Shown one piece after another: positions 22,277 to 36,100 of a stretch of 50,568 nt of DNA. Positions within the stretch are counted from its first letter, which is position 1; every line of letters starts with the position of its first letter. The stretch is from Nemertoderma westbladi. Taxonomy: Eukaryota; Animalia; Xenacoelomorpha. The notes beneath the pieces are model-generated. The model did not search any database, was not told the origin of the DNA, and worked only from the letters and a program-made list of their open reading frames with translations. Both the position numbers and the translations under genes were made by a program. The stretch spans positions 1 to 50,568 of the forward strand of contig JAUCBJ010000323.1 in the NCBI GenBank assembly GCA_032718475.1. The letters are read 5' to 3'.

Positions 22277-22856
22277 AGATAATTTGTAGGCTGGACTGTT
22301 GTCTGACTGTTGTTAAGTCTGAAGAGATTGTAGTGTGTGTAGAGTGTATGTCCGATAAAGTACTAGTTAGGAACATAGGGGCTTCCAGTGCTGTGAGGTA
22401 AATCCCCTCGAAAGAATAAGTCGTACTACTAGGTTAGAACGCATACTAACTAACCATTTCGGAGTCTGCATATACTGTAGTTTGTTTAGGCTTGATAGTA
22501 GTCTGCCAGCGTTTGGTCTGTATTTTGTATGTGTAGTCTGTACGGGTAGCGTAATATTTCTTATTTAGATAATTTGTAGGCTGGATTGTTGTCTGGCTGT
22601 TGTTAGGTCTGAAGAGATTGCGGTGTGTGTAGAGTGTATGTCCGATAAAGTACTAGTTAGGAACGTAGGGGCTTCCAGTGCTGTGAGGTAAATCCCCCTG
22701 AAAGAATAAGTCGTACTACTCGGTTAGAATGCATACTAACTAACCATTTCGGAGTCTGCATATACTGTAGTTTGTTTGGGCTTGATAGTAGTCTGCCAGC
22801 GTTTGGTCTGTATTTTGTTTGAGTAGTCTGTACGCGTAGCGTAATATTTATTATTC
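22277..22856 (+). repeat. ~290-bp tandem duplication in the B leader; also present in C at ~47185-47750
   Basis: agataatttgtaggctgg occurs at 22277 and 22567. Confidence 0.85.
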
Positions 22857-23802
22857 AGAGTTTATGCGATTATTCGCAACATTCATATCCCCAAGTTTAT
22901 TCCTACAGTAATTGAGCTTGTTGTACATACCGTTATAGTTAAATTAACCCCGGTACTACATCAGGGCTGCTTGGCGTAGGTAAAGACTGGTGATTTTGTG
23001 CCCCGGTCACTCCAGCAGATACCATGGTTCTCTTAGCTGTACAAGTATTTCTAACTGCTGATTATTTGTTGTATAAGTACTTGTACCTAATTTAGGGTTT
23101 AGTGTACAGTGCTTTCCGAAGGTAATTAGTGTGTAGGCAGTATATTTGTGTTGTAAAGTGGTTAATAGGCACGTTGGTTCTGGTAGACCGCGGTAATTAA
23201 CTTCTAGGTAGGAACACTCCGTGATACATAACGTAGTACTTATAGCGATGCGGCTATAAGTTGTCAGACGGTGGTATTTTCCTATCTGGACAACGCAGTA
23301 TATTTACTACTGCTTTGTTATTTTCAAATACCGTAGAATCCTGTCTGTTTGTAATAGCCATATTCTAACCCTTTGTTAGGCTGGTTTGTAGACTTCTTGT
23401 AAAATTACCCTAAAAATTCGTACGTGTAATTTTTTGTGTTTATTTAGAGATTGTAATCTCACCCCGAATTGTATGTAATTTGTAGTATTAAGTAACTTAG
23501 GTAAATTAGAATTATTTGTTTTAGTGTCCAACAAGTAGCACTTCACTGAGAGCGCACAGCTTCTGTGTAGTGACTCCTTCCCAGAAATAATAACATTTAT
23601 TTCAAATATTGACAAAACCCATTAAACGGGTACACATATATTATAAATCAACTCAAACCGATTTATAAAATAGTAGGCCTGTCATACATCAATTAGGTCT
23701 TAATGTCAGTTGGACTACTGCTTAAATAACGGTAATCAAGTAAAGTAAAGTAAACAAGTAACCCCTAAAATTCAGAAATTCAATTATTTTAAAATAATTG
23801 AC

Positions 23803-24172
23803 ATACCGGTATTTGCGATAGGCCTATTATATATTTCTATATATTTGTGCTGAAATTATATACCGGTATTCTGTAATTAATTCTAGTCTATAATTATACT
23901 TATATACTATAAGTGTAAGCTGTATACCGGTATTCACGATAGGCCTATTATATATTTCTATATATTTGTGCTGAAATTATATACCAGTATTCTGTAATTA
24001 ATTCTAGTCCATAAATATACTTATATATACTATAAGTGTAAGCTGTATACCGGTATTCATGATAGGCTTATTATATATTTATATATTTGTGCTGAAATTA
24101 TATACCGGTATTCTGTGACAAACCTAGTCTGTAATAATACTTATATACATACTATAATTGTATACCGGTATT
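23803..24172 (+). repeat. ~121-bp tandem repeat (3 copies) rich in TACCGGTA, upstream of B gag
   Basis: ataccggtatt...gataggc.tattatat at ~23803, ~23924 and ~24047. Confidence 0.8.
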
Positions 24173-24307
24173 CCAATATATTGTATATATATCACGTTAC
24201 ATAGAGTAACGATATCGGTAATTAATTACTAGGCTAACGGTGATACTGAATTACTAGACTTGCTTAAACTGTAATATAGCAGTAGGCATTCAACTGTACA
24301 AACAAAC

Positions 24308-27300
24308 ATGTCTGACACAAAGCAAAACCTGTCAGACAGTCTCCTAGATACAACCATCTGTGACCCAGACAGGAGTGTGGAACGTGTGAGACCGAAGTTC
24401 AACTCACCTCCTACTGTAAGAAAGATCATCCCTCCAGTAGTAGTATCAGACCCTAGGCTAGTCCAACACCATAGGTCTATCATAGGCACTTGAGCTCAGG
24501 TCAAGTGGGACCAAGAAGCAGCGGAACAGCAGCAACACTCGAGCCGAGAACTTATTTCTCAGCGGCCCGACAGCTCCAGTAGTAGTGCGGATACTGTAGA
24601 GCTGACACCCGAGTGCGGAGCAAAGATGGCAGATGCGGTTTATTCGGATCCCCTTCTCATCCTTCCTGCAGCCGTACTCACTAGGGTATTGATTGCGGTG
24701 GAGGAACACCAGATTGATTGGGCGACAGCCCAGTAAGCGATCGACCAAGGATAGTTATGAGGGATATACAAGGGAAGAACTGAAGTCTATTGTCGAGTCG
24801 CAATGGAACTTCCCCGGACCCGGACTCCCGTTTGACTTATCGGAAGCTGCCTGGGAAGACATACACAGGATGGGAGTGACAAAAGAAACCAGCGATCCAG
24901 CTGTGTGGAAGAGGTCAGCAGCAGGATACGTACAGGGATTCTTCAGCTCTATGGAGCGATTAGAGGAACAACTGTTTCGACAACCACAAGGACCTCAAGA
25001 GCAGGGAGAGCTGCTTTATCAAGTTAGAGAAAGAATTCTAAGAATCAGACTAATCTTATCGGCCTTTGAGGAGGCTTCGAAAAGAAGACAAGACACGTCG
25101 TTGCAAGTTGCCGTAAAGACTTGGTTTCAGCGGGTGAGTCTCAAAGTTCAAAGAACTGCCCCGTGGAAATCTCAGTTGGCTGAGCGCTCAACCCATGGAG
25201 AATCAACAGACGCTACCTTTTCCCAAGTGGAAAGTGAAGTGACAGCAGAAAAACCGCATAAGAGGGATGCTATTGACATCTATCTGTCAGACTATCAACG
25301 ATTTGTAGGTGACGAAGAGTTGAGGAGACGGCTGTCTGGACTTAGCCCTAATAGTGAAGGAGCCAAGCTTGTGTTGGACGCAATCGATGCGGATATGATA
25401 GCTGCGAACCAAGCTAAATTTGATGAAAGGCTCCGCATCGCTAGGGTCCAAGAAGAACAAGTCAAGAAAAAACGTATAGAAGACAGAAAGACAGCAGCAG
25501 CGGCAGTGGCAGCGGCAGAAGCAGAAAGAAAAGTGGCAGAAGTGGAAAGAAAAGCGGCAGATGCAGCGGCAGAGGCAAAAGTGGCAGCGGCAGAAGCGGA
25601 AAGAAAAGCGGCAGAGGCAGCGGCAGAGGCAAAAGCGGCAGCGGCAGAAGCGGAAAGAAAAGCGGCAGAAGCGGAAAGAAAGCGAGCAGTGGCAGAAGCA
25701 GAATGAAGAGCATCTGAAGAGACCACCCAACTAGAGTTGGAAAATATTCAAGAGAATCAAGACTGCATAAATAAACAGTTAACAGCTAGTCAAATGCAGA
25801 TGATGAGTCGATCTACTCCCAAAAGACAGGGATTTACATCCTCTGATGAAGGCGATACCACCGATCCTGAAGGTGGAGGAAATAGATCTCGTTTAAGTAG
25901 GCGTAGAAGAATGTCCCACCGTCAGAAATTGCCTGATTTGCCCCCAGCTGTTAGAAGGCAACTAACTAACACAGACTTAGGTAGTATAGAACCCACAGAC
26001 CAAATAATTAAAATAGAAAGACTCCCTACTATAGTAGATGAGCCTGAAATAATTAGGCCTGTTCTCGAAGCCACCCCTTCGGTGATAGAGACACCTGTAC
26101 TCCCAGAACCTACCTCTAAATTCCCTTTGCACAGTACTAAACTACCTGTGCCCAGTAGGACTGTTCCCGAGTCCGAACCCGTCCTGGACGCCGAGCAAGA
26201 CATCAAGAATTTATCGCCCGTCGTCTCTCGTCTGCCCGCTACTACGTTGGCGGCTCCCGCTTCGGCGGTCGAGTGGGTGGATGAGGGGCGGCGAGGGATG
26301 AATCTCCTGCTCAGGCAGATGCAGGAGACTGTTCATCAGTTTAAGGGAGCAGTAAGGGAAAGTAGGTTAGAGTTGCAAGAAGTGCAGCAAAGTATCGCGT
26401 TAGAACGCGATAAATTAGTAAATATACAAAGGGGTATACCACCAACCCCGGTAACAATGTGTCAACCTGTTAGGTCTGAAGTAATTCATGCGCAAGGTGT
26501 GGAGCCTACACGCATCTATACTGCTAGTGAAGTAGAAACTCCTATAGTAAACCCTATTAAGGGTAATTATAAACCTGTTGACAATGATATTCCATATAGA
26601 CCTGATAATAATCCGAGAAATTTATATACCGATAACTCGATATTAAATAATACGATGGCCCAAGAAAGTTTTACGCGTCAAATGGCTAGAACCGAAGCCC
26701 GTCAAGCGGTAAAGGTGGGAGAGATCGTCAAGTTCAATGGAGATGAGATGAAATGGTTACCTTTTAATGAATATTACAAAGATAACATACAGAACTCTGT
26801 GCTATCTAATGGAGAGAAACTTAGATTCCTCATCGAGTGCTTGGAAGGATCTCCCAAGTTAATGGCGTTAAAGTTTATTGGACATCCAGATGGATTAAGA
26901 CAAGTTTGGGATACACTGAACATCAGGTATGGTAATAGGACTAACATAGCTAGATATTTATATGCGAAATTAATGGCGCCCCGAAAGTTTCTTAGCAGCG
27001 GGATTATAGAGTTTTCCGACGAGATTCAGGAGATCTGTAGACAACTAGATTGGTTAGGTAAGTCTCATGAATACCAGAATTCTATGGTTGTAGGAGTCTT
27101 AGCATCTACTTTGCCCAAGGGTGGAGTAGGTACACGCTGGGACAAGAAAGTGTTATATATGATGGAACAACAACGAAGAGAGCCTACCATGGCTGATCTC
27201 ATGTCATTCTTAGATGGAGAGGTAAAATTACAGCTCCTAAGGCAGTCCAGAGAGAAGACACCGGAAAATAAGGTAAGTGAGAAACCCGTTTCTAGGAGAA

Positions 27301-29303
27301 AGTTAATACCAGTGTGTTATACAGACGACGGCGAAAGCCAGGCTTCTCAAGAGGAAGACAGCGGGAAAGACACTGAAAGATCTTACTATGACAACAAAGC
27401 GCCTAAGGACGTAAGTAAATTCAAGTCTCGAACCAATGACAGGAGAGAACAGGTAAGAAAAACTCCTCCTACGTCTCCTAAGAGAATTCATGTAAGAAAG
27501 CCCGAGGAAAGAACGAGTGTGCACAACGTTACCCAAAGTAAGGTAAGTAACATCAAACCAAAATGTGTGCTGTGCGACGGGCCCCACCGTTTAAGTGCGT
27601 GTGATGAATTCATGAGGAAATCATTAAAGGATAGACGGGAAGTCATGTGGGATAAGCGGTTGTGTTATAATTGCCTCAGACAAGGACACCAACGGCGAAC
27701 CTGTTACTCCGACGCAAGGTGTGCGAAGTGCGGCGCAAAACATCATATCTTGTTGCACACTGAATTCGAACGAAACAGCCCGAGTCAGGTAAGTGAGTCC
27801 GAACTACATGTCCAATTCAGTGATGTGAACGACACTGACCAAAGTTCTGAGATGGAAGGATTCTATACGGACGAATTCTCCGACGAGAACGAATCCTGTT
27901 ACCAGATAAATACCGCAGTGTATCGAGCACTTACGTATGAAAAGGACACCGACAGCGAGCTCCCCCTAACTACTTCTGACCGACAACCATCTTGGAAAGC
28001 ACCAACTTCCAATGTAGGAATCCGAGAATTTCCCATAGTGCAGTTGAGGGTCCACGGACCTGAAAGGAGTTATATAGTGAACGCCCTCCTTGACTCCGGT
28101 AGCACAGGAACATTCATCGACAAAGAACTAGCCGAAGACATCTTTGCTGGACAACCCAAGTTCCGAACTAAGTTAAACATGTCAGGAATTATGCAGGTTT
28201 GGAAATCTACAGTAATAGCGGATTATTATGTAGGTGCGTTGTCCACCCCCCAGGATGAACTAGGAGAACACAGCATAAGGTCAGTAAAAATGGTGGCGAT
28301 AAAGAACTTCGCTACCAGCCAAGTAGAACCTTATAACTGGGATGAGGACGATTCCACCCAGCAGCTTAATATACCTAGATTCAACACAGACTACCCTGGA
28401 GTGCAAATACTCATCGGCCAAAATGCGCATGAGGCGCTTGAGACATTGGAGAAACGGCCTGCTCAACCGCAACCACTACAAGCCTATGCGGGAAGAACTA
28501 GAGTAGGTTGGTACTTTACTGGCCCTTCCCGTAGAACTCTCATAGAAAGGTTACCAAAAGAACGGGTATACCAAGTAAGTGAATGGGAAGCGGAGAGCAG
28601 TGAGGTGGACGACCCAACTGAGGGAACACCATACTCCTCAGATAATGACGATATTAACTCCAATGTAGATCAATGGAGACATTGCCCCGAGACGATTAAT
28701 CTAGCCGACATCGCTTCCAGAGGAGCAACTCCTCAAGAACTGACAGATACTCCAGACTGGTTAGGTGGACCCGACTTCCTAAGTAAAGAAGATGAATGGC
28801 CTCCCCATCTTACCACGGCTGAGATTAGACAAGCCAAGGGAGCGGAGAAAGTCAAACCTAAAACCCGGACGAGTAAATCAAGGTTATTTAAACCCGTGAT
28901 AGATCTGTCTGTACTACACATTGCCAGGGACGACGCTGTGGATCTAAACTCCCCCACCGCGAACCGATCTGTTGTGGAGATCAGAGAGAGAGACTGGAGA
29001 TCTGGAACACCAGACGTCTCGCCGGGACTCTCACCTCTCCTGCCGGGAGCGATGGACCACTATAGATCCTGGAATCGGCTTTGTAAGGCCGTCGTGTATT
29101 TGAAGCGATGTTTCTATCGTCACTATTCCAGGACGAAGAGGAAACCTGGAATTGTCTTCGAGACACAGCAGCTCAATCGCCCAGTTGGTCGTTTATGTTT
29201 ACTGGAACGAGACCGAGAACTGTCCGGAAACTATGGAAGGCAAGATACTCTTCCCACGACCACCTCCCTAATCCAACAAACATCTAGGGACTCCCCAACG
29301 TAA
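24308..29303 (+). pseudogene. Element B gag-protease with in-frame remnants of RNase H and integrase; RT and the IN core are deleted
   Basis: Gag: KFNGDEMKW; knuckles CVLCDGPHRLSAC, CYNCLRQGHQRRTC, CAKCGAKHHILLH. PR: LLDSGS. Then WRHCPETINLADIASRG, SWNRL and RPVGRLCLLE with no YVDD or DDE. Stops at 24491 and 25704 plus a frameshift. Confidence 0.88.
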
Positions 29304-30108
29304 CAGCGTCTGGAGTGGGTGTGTGACCATATTATTTTATATTTGTTTTTATTATTTTATATTTATGTATGTATTATTATGTAATTTTATTATAATCATT
29401 TTCTTTAATTTTATTTAGTAGAATGTTATTTTAGCGATTATTTAGTAGATTAGTGCAATATATATTAGTGTTTATTACTTAATTACTTATATATTATATA
29501 TATACTGCGACAGCGAGAAATAATTATTTTTCTCTTTCCTTACTGTCCGTATTACATTATAAATACGTGACTACAGTAAGATGAAATGTCCGTACTTATT
29601 AAAGTACAATAAAGCTCCTACTATATTCAAGTATTATTGGTAAAGTAGAGTATTAGGAATGCAAAATTCAGATCCTCGTGTCTCGGCTAAACCAAGCTCT
29701 GGGTAGACCTTGGAAACGACTTGCCTCTTCTCACTGACATTGCTTCGTGCGATATTGCTCTCATACCGTATATTAAATAATACATATAGTAGCGTGATGT
29801 CCCTTTAACAGTAGCGTAAAACGCAAAATAAATCTGTTAAACCCTTTGACAATCTGTAATTCTAGTCGATTAAGATATCGCGGCACCCACCGATATACTT
29901 AAAAGACAATAATTCTAGAATCAGTGGTTAACGTCCCCAGACATGTTCTGGAATAAACCGGTGCCCATCTTAAATATTAACTATTAATATTTATAAAATC
30001 TGTCAAACAGATACAATAGAGTAACTACTTACAACTCTAGAAAATTAACTCTAGAAAATATATAAATTAAAATCTGTCAAAATTTAGATCCTTTAAAATT
30101 CTAGTCAA

Positions 30109-33100
30109 CTAGAAAGCTTGTGGCCCTTCGGGCCACAGCTTTCTAGTGCACGTGCAGATGATATATGAATATGTGTGGGAGATTTGTGAACTGCATACGG
30201 AACAGACACCATCATTAAATAAAACACCATCCCCCTAAGAGATAACTGTCAAGTTTCATCTTTAGGCAGATTGTAAATAACAAAATTTCCAGAAAATGAT
30301 CACTTTCAGACCCACCCTCTACCTGCGGACTGGTGAAATGCAGACGGCGCTGCAGTTTGGTAAAGATGGGGTTTATGGTGAAGTAAAATGCCTGCCTTTC
30401 AAGTTTCAGCTTAAACAGATTGTAAATAACAAAATTGGTGTAGATGTTCACATTCAGACATTTCACCCTCTAGCGGTAGACTGAAGAACTGTAGACGACT
30501 CTGGGACTCCGTAAAGATACAGAATATGCTGTAGTAGATTCCTGCCAAGTTACAGCTCAATAGGATTAAAAAGAACCAAATGGGATGAGGTGTTCACTAT
30601 CAGATATTTCGCCCTCTAGCGGCAGATGGGGGGACTGTATACAACTCTGCAACTCCGTAAAGATACAGCCTATGATGTAGTAGATACCTGCCAAGTTTCA
30701 GCTCAAAATGATTAAAAAGAACCAAATGGGATGAGGTTTTCACTATCAGATATATCGCCCTCTAGCGGCTGACTGTGGAACTGTAGACGACTCTACTACT
30801 CTGCAAAGATATAGCCTATGGTATAGTAGATGCATACCAAGTTTCAGTCTAAAAGGATTGTAAATAACAAAGTTGGAGGAGATGTTAACTTTCATACATT
30901 TCGCCCTCTAGCGGCAGACGCGGGTAATGTAGACAACTCTGCACGACTCAGTAAATATATAGCCTATGCTGTAGTAGATGCCTACCAAGTTCAGTCTAAA
31001 TGGATTATAAATAACAACGTTTGAGAAGATGTTAACTTTCAAACATTTCGCCCTCTAGCGGTAGAGTGGGGAATTGTAGACGATTCTGCGACTCAGTAAA
31101 GATACAGTCTATGTTGTAGTAGATGCCTACCAAGTTTCAGTCTAAACGGATTGTAAATAACAAAGTTGGAGAAGATGTTAACTCGCAGACATTTAGCCCT
31201 CTAACGGTAGACTGGGGAACTGTAGACAACTCAGTGACTCCGGAAATATACAGCCTATGCTGCAGTATATAGCTACCAAGTTTCAACTTAAAAGCATTAA
31301 AAACAACCCAATGAGATCAGGTTTTCACTATCGGACAATTTGCCCTCTAGCGGCAGATGGGGGAACTTCAGACGGCTCTGAGTATTACGTTGCAACGAGT
31401 TAGGGCGAGACCTATCTAACGAGCTATAGTAAGCGAGATTTCATCGAGATTAGATGTATAATATTAGATAAAATAATAATACAGTAAGTACAGGCCTACA
31501 GAAATAATTATTTTACTTTTAATATTCATAACAGTAAAACAAAAATGTTATAAACCTCTCCTTCCATGCAGCCAATGATTGAGAAAGCAGAATTACTCTT
31601 GAGCAATTCGCAACAGACAACCCAAACCCACCCCAATCAACACTCCAGCCTGCTTGCTCCTTATCTGTGCCCAGCCAGCTAGCTGCGAGTTCAATAATTA
31701 CCTTAACGTTGCTATGATACAGAAAACAATCCTTCCCTATTCAATAACAATAGGCCAATTCGATCGTGCTTGGCGAATATGACATATTTATACACTATTT
31801 GATTTTTAATCAATAAATAATCATACATATTTATATTAAACACTCGAATAAAATAAAAACTTTGTGAGAATGGGACACGGCGAATCTACCCATGTTAATT
31901 TTATACCAGGTGGGATAAATGTTAGCCCTCCCCGAAACCGAAATAATTCGATGAATTTCGCCCGAAAATCACGAAAATCGCCCTCTAGCGGCAGATGGGC
32001 GAACTTCAGACGGCTCTGAGTATTACGTTGCAACTAGTTAGGGCGAGACCTTTCTAACGAGCTATAGCAAGCGAGATTTCATCGAGATGGGTTCGATTGT
32101 ATAGCCGATGACAAACACACAGACAGACTGACTGACAGACAATCGATATTTATATATATTAGACTAGAAAGCTTGTGGCCCTTCGGGCCACAGCTTTCTA
32201 GTGCACGTCAGATGATATATGAATATGTGTGGGAGATTTGTGAACTGCATACGGAACAGACACCATCATTAAATAAAACACCATCCCCCTAACAGATAAC
32301 TGTCAAGTTTCATCTTTAGGCAGATTGTAAATAACAAAATTTCCAGAAAATGATCACTTTCAGACCCACCCTCTACCTGCGGACTGGTGAAATGCAGACG
32401 GCGCTGCAGTTTGGTAAAGATGGGGTTTATGGTGAAGTAAAATGCCTGCCTTTCAAGTTTCAGCTTAAACAGATTGTAAATAACAAAATTGGTGTAGATG
32501 TTCACATTCAGACATTTCACCCTCTAGCGGTAGACTGAAGAATTGTAGACGACTCTGGGACTCCGTAAAGATACAGAATATGCTGTAGTAGATTCCTGCC
32601 AAGTTACAGCTCAATAGGATTAAAAAGAACCAAATGGGATGAGGTGTTCACTATCAGATATTTCGCCCTCTAGCGGCAGATGGGGGGACTGTATACAACT
32701 CTGCGACTCCGTAAAGGTACAGCCTATGCTGTAGTAGATGCCTACCAAGTTTCTGGGGAAGTGTATAGGACTCTGCAACTCCGTACAGATACAGCCTATG
32801 ATGTAGTAGATACCTGCCAAGTTTCAGCTCAAAATGATTAAAAAGAACCAAATGGGATGAGGTTTTCACTATCAGATATATCGCCCTCTAGCGGCTGACT
32901 GTGGAACTGTAGACGACTCTACTACTCTGCAAAGATATAGCCTATGGTATAGTAGATGCATACCAAGTTTCAGTCTAAAAGAATTGTAAATAACAAAGTT
33001 GGAGGAGATGTTAACTTTCATACATTTCGCCCTCTAGCGGCAGACGCGGGTAATGTAGACAACTCTGCACGACTCAGTAAATATATAGCCTATGCTGTAG

Positions 33101-36100
33101 TAGATGCCTACCAAGTTCAGTCTAAATGGATTATAAATAACAAAGTTTGAGAAGATGTTAACTTTCAAACATTTCGCCCTCTAGCGGTAGAGTGGGGAAT
33201 TGTAGACGATTCTGCGACTCAGTAAAGATACAGCCTATGTTGTAGTAGATGCCTACCAAGTTTCAGTCTAAACGGATTGTAAATAACAAAGTTGGAGAAG
33301 ATGTTAACTCGCAGACATTTAGCCCTCTAACGGTAGACTGGGGAACTGTAGACAACTCAGTGACTCCGGAAATATACAGCCTATGCTGCAGTATATAGCT
33401 ACCAAGTTTCAACTCAAAAGCATTAAAAACAACCCAATGAGATCAGGTTTTCACTATCGGACAATTCGCCCCCTAGCGGCAGATGGGGGAACTTCAGACG
33501 GCTCTGAGTATTACGATGCAACGAGTTAGGGCGAGACCTATCTAACGAGCTATAGTAAGCGAGATTTCATCGAGATTAGATGTATAATATTAGATAAAAT
33601 AATAATACATTAAGTATAGGCCTACAGAAATAATTATTTACTTTTAATATTCATAACAGTAAAACAAAAATGTTATAAACCTCTCCTTCCATGCAGCCAA
33701 TGATTGAGAAAGCAGAATTACTCTGAGCAATTCGCAACAGACAACCCAAACCCACCCCAATCAACACTCCAGCCTGCTTGCTCCTTATCTGTGCCAGCTA
33801 GCTGCGAGTTCAATAATTACCTTAACGTTGCTATGATACAGAAAACAATCCTTCCCAATTCAATAACAATAGGCCAATTCGATCGTGCTTGGCGAATATG
33901 ACATATTTATACACTATTTGATTTTTAATCAATAAATAATCATACATATTTATATTAAACACTCGAATAAAATAAAAACTTTGTGAGAATGGGACACGGC
34001 GAATCTACCCATGTTAATTTTATACCAGGTGGGATAAATGTTAGCCCTCTAAATCATTAATTACCGATAGATGAACCGAAATAATTCGATAAATTTCGCC
34101 CGAAAATGACGAAAATCGCCCTCTAGCGGCAGACGGACGAACTTCAGACGGCTCTGAGTATTATGTTGCAACGAGTTAGGGCGAGACCTTTCTAACGAGC
34201 TATAGCAAGCGAGATTTCATCGAGATGGGTTCGATTGTATAGCCGATGACAAACACACAGACAGACAGACTGACTGACAGACAATCGATATTTATATATA
34301 TTAGACTAGAAAGCCTGTGGCCCTTCGGGCCACAGCTTTCTAGTGCACGTGCAGATGATATATGAATATGTGTGGGAGATTGGAGAACTGCATACGGAAC
34401 AGACACCATCATTAAATAAAACACCACCCCCATAAGAGATAACTGTCAAGTTTCAACTTTAGTCAGATTGTAAATAACAAAATTTCCAGAAAATGATCAC
34501 TTTCAGATCCACCCTCTACCTGCGGACTGGTGAAATGCAGACGGCGCTGCAGTTTGGTAAAGGTGGGGTTTATGGTGAAGTAAAATGCCTGCCTTTCAAG
34601 TTTCAGCTTAAACAGATTGTAAATAACAAAATTGGTGTAGATGTTCACATTCAGACTTCTAGCGGTAGACTGAAGAACTGTAGACGACTCTGGGACTCCG
34701 TAAAGATACAGAATATGCTGCAGTAGATTCCTGCCAAGTTTCAGCTCAAAGGGATTAAAGAGAACCAATTGGGATGAGGTGTTCACTATCAGACAATTCG
34801 CCCTCTAGCGGCAGATAGGGGAACTGTATACAACTCTGCGACTCCGTAAAGGTAGAGCCTATGCTGTAGTAGATGCCTACCAAGTTTCAGTCTAAACCGT
34901 TTGTAAATAACAAAGTTGGAGAAGATGTTAATTTTCAGACATTTCACCCTCTAGCGGTAGACTGGGGAAGTGTATAGGACTCTGCAACTCCGTAAAGATA
35001 GAGCCTAGGATGTAGTAGATACCTGCCAAGTTTCAGCTCAAAAGGATTAAAAAGAACCAAATGGGATGAGGTTTTCACTATCAGACAATTCGCCCTCTTG
35101 CGTCTGACTGTGGAACTGTAGACGACTCTACTACTCCGCAAAGATATAGCCTATGCTATAGTAGATGCCTACCAAGTTTCAGTCTAAAAGGATTGTAAAT
35201 AACAAAGTTGGAGAAGATGTTAACTTTCATACATTTCGCCCTCTAGCGGCAGACGCGGGTACTGTAGACAACTCTGCGCGACTCAGTAAAGATATAGCCT
35301 ATGCTGTAGTAGATGCCTACCAAGTTCAGTCTAAATGGATTATAAATAACAAAGTTGGAGAAGATGTTAACTTGCAGACATTTCGCCCTCTAGCGGTAGA
35401 CTGGGAAATTGTAGACGACTCTGCGACTCAGTAAAGATTCAGCCTATGCTGTAGTAGATGCCTACCAAGTTTCAGTCAAAACGGATTGTAAATAATAAAG
35501 TTGGAGAAGATGTTATCTCTCAGACATTTAGCACTCTAACGGTAGACTGGGGAACTGTAGACCACCCAGTGACTCCGGAAATATACAGCCTATGCTGCAG
35601 TATATAGCTACCAAGTTTCAGCTCAAAAGCATTAAAAACAACCCAATAAGATCAGGTTTTCACTATCGGATAATTCGCCCTCTAGCGGCAGACGGGGGAA
35701 CTTCAGACGGCTCTGAGTATTACGTTGCAACGAGTTAGGGCGAGACCTATCTAACGAGCTATAGTAAGCGAGATTTCATCGAGATTAGATGTATAATATT
35801 AGATAACATAATAATACAGTAAGTATAGGCCTATAGAAATAATTATTTTTACTTTTAATATTCATAACAGTAAAACAAAAATGTTATAAACCTCTCCTTC
35901 CATGCAGCCAATGATTGAGAAAGCAGAATTACTACAACCCAAACCCACCCCAATCAACACTCCAGCCTGCTTGCTCCTTATCTGTGCCCAGCCAGCTAGC
36001 TGCGAGTTCAATAATTACCTTAAGGTTGCTACAGAAAACAATCCTTCCCTATTCAATAACAATAGGCCAATTCGATCGTGCTTGGCGAATATGACATATT

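Noticed and set aside
25287-25730. Antisense ORFs over the B gag Ala-rich repeat, and similar ORFs at 8621-9128 and 50008-50375
   Set aside because: Shadows of stop-poor low-complexity coding repeats.
29310-29330. tggagtggg followed by tgtgtg as a PPT plus 3' LTR start
   Set aside because: The downstream sequence matches no LTR in the window; B's real 3' LTR starts at 44651.
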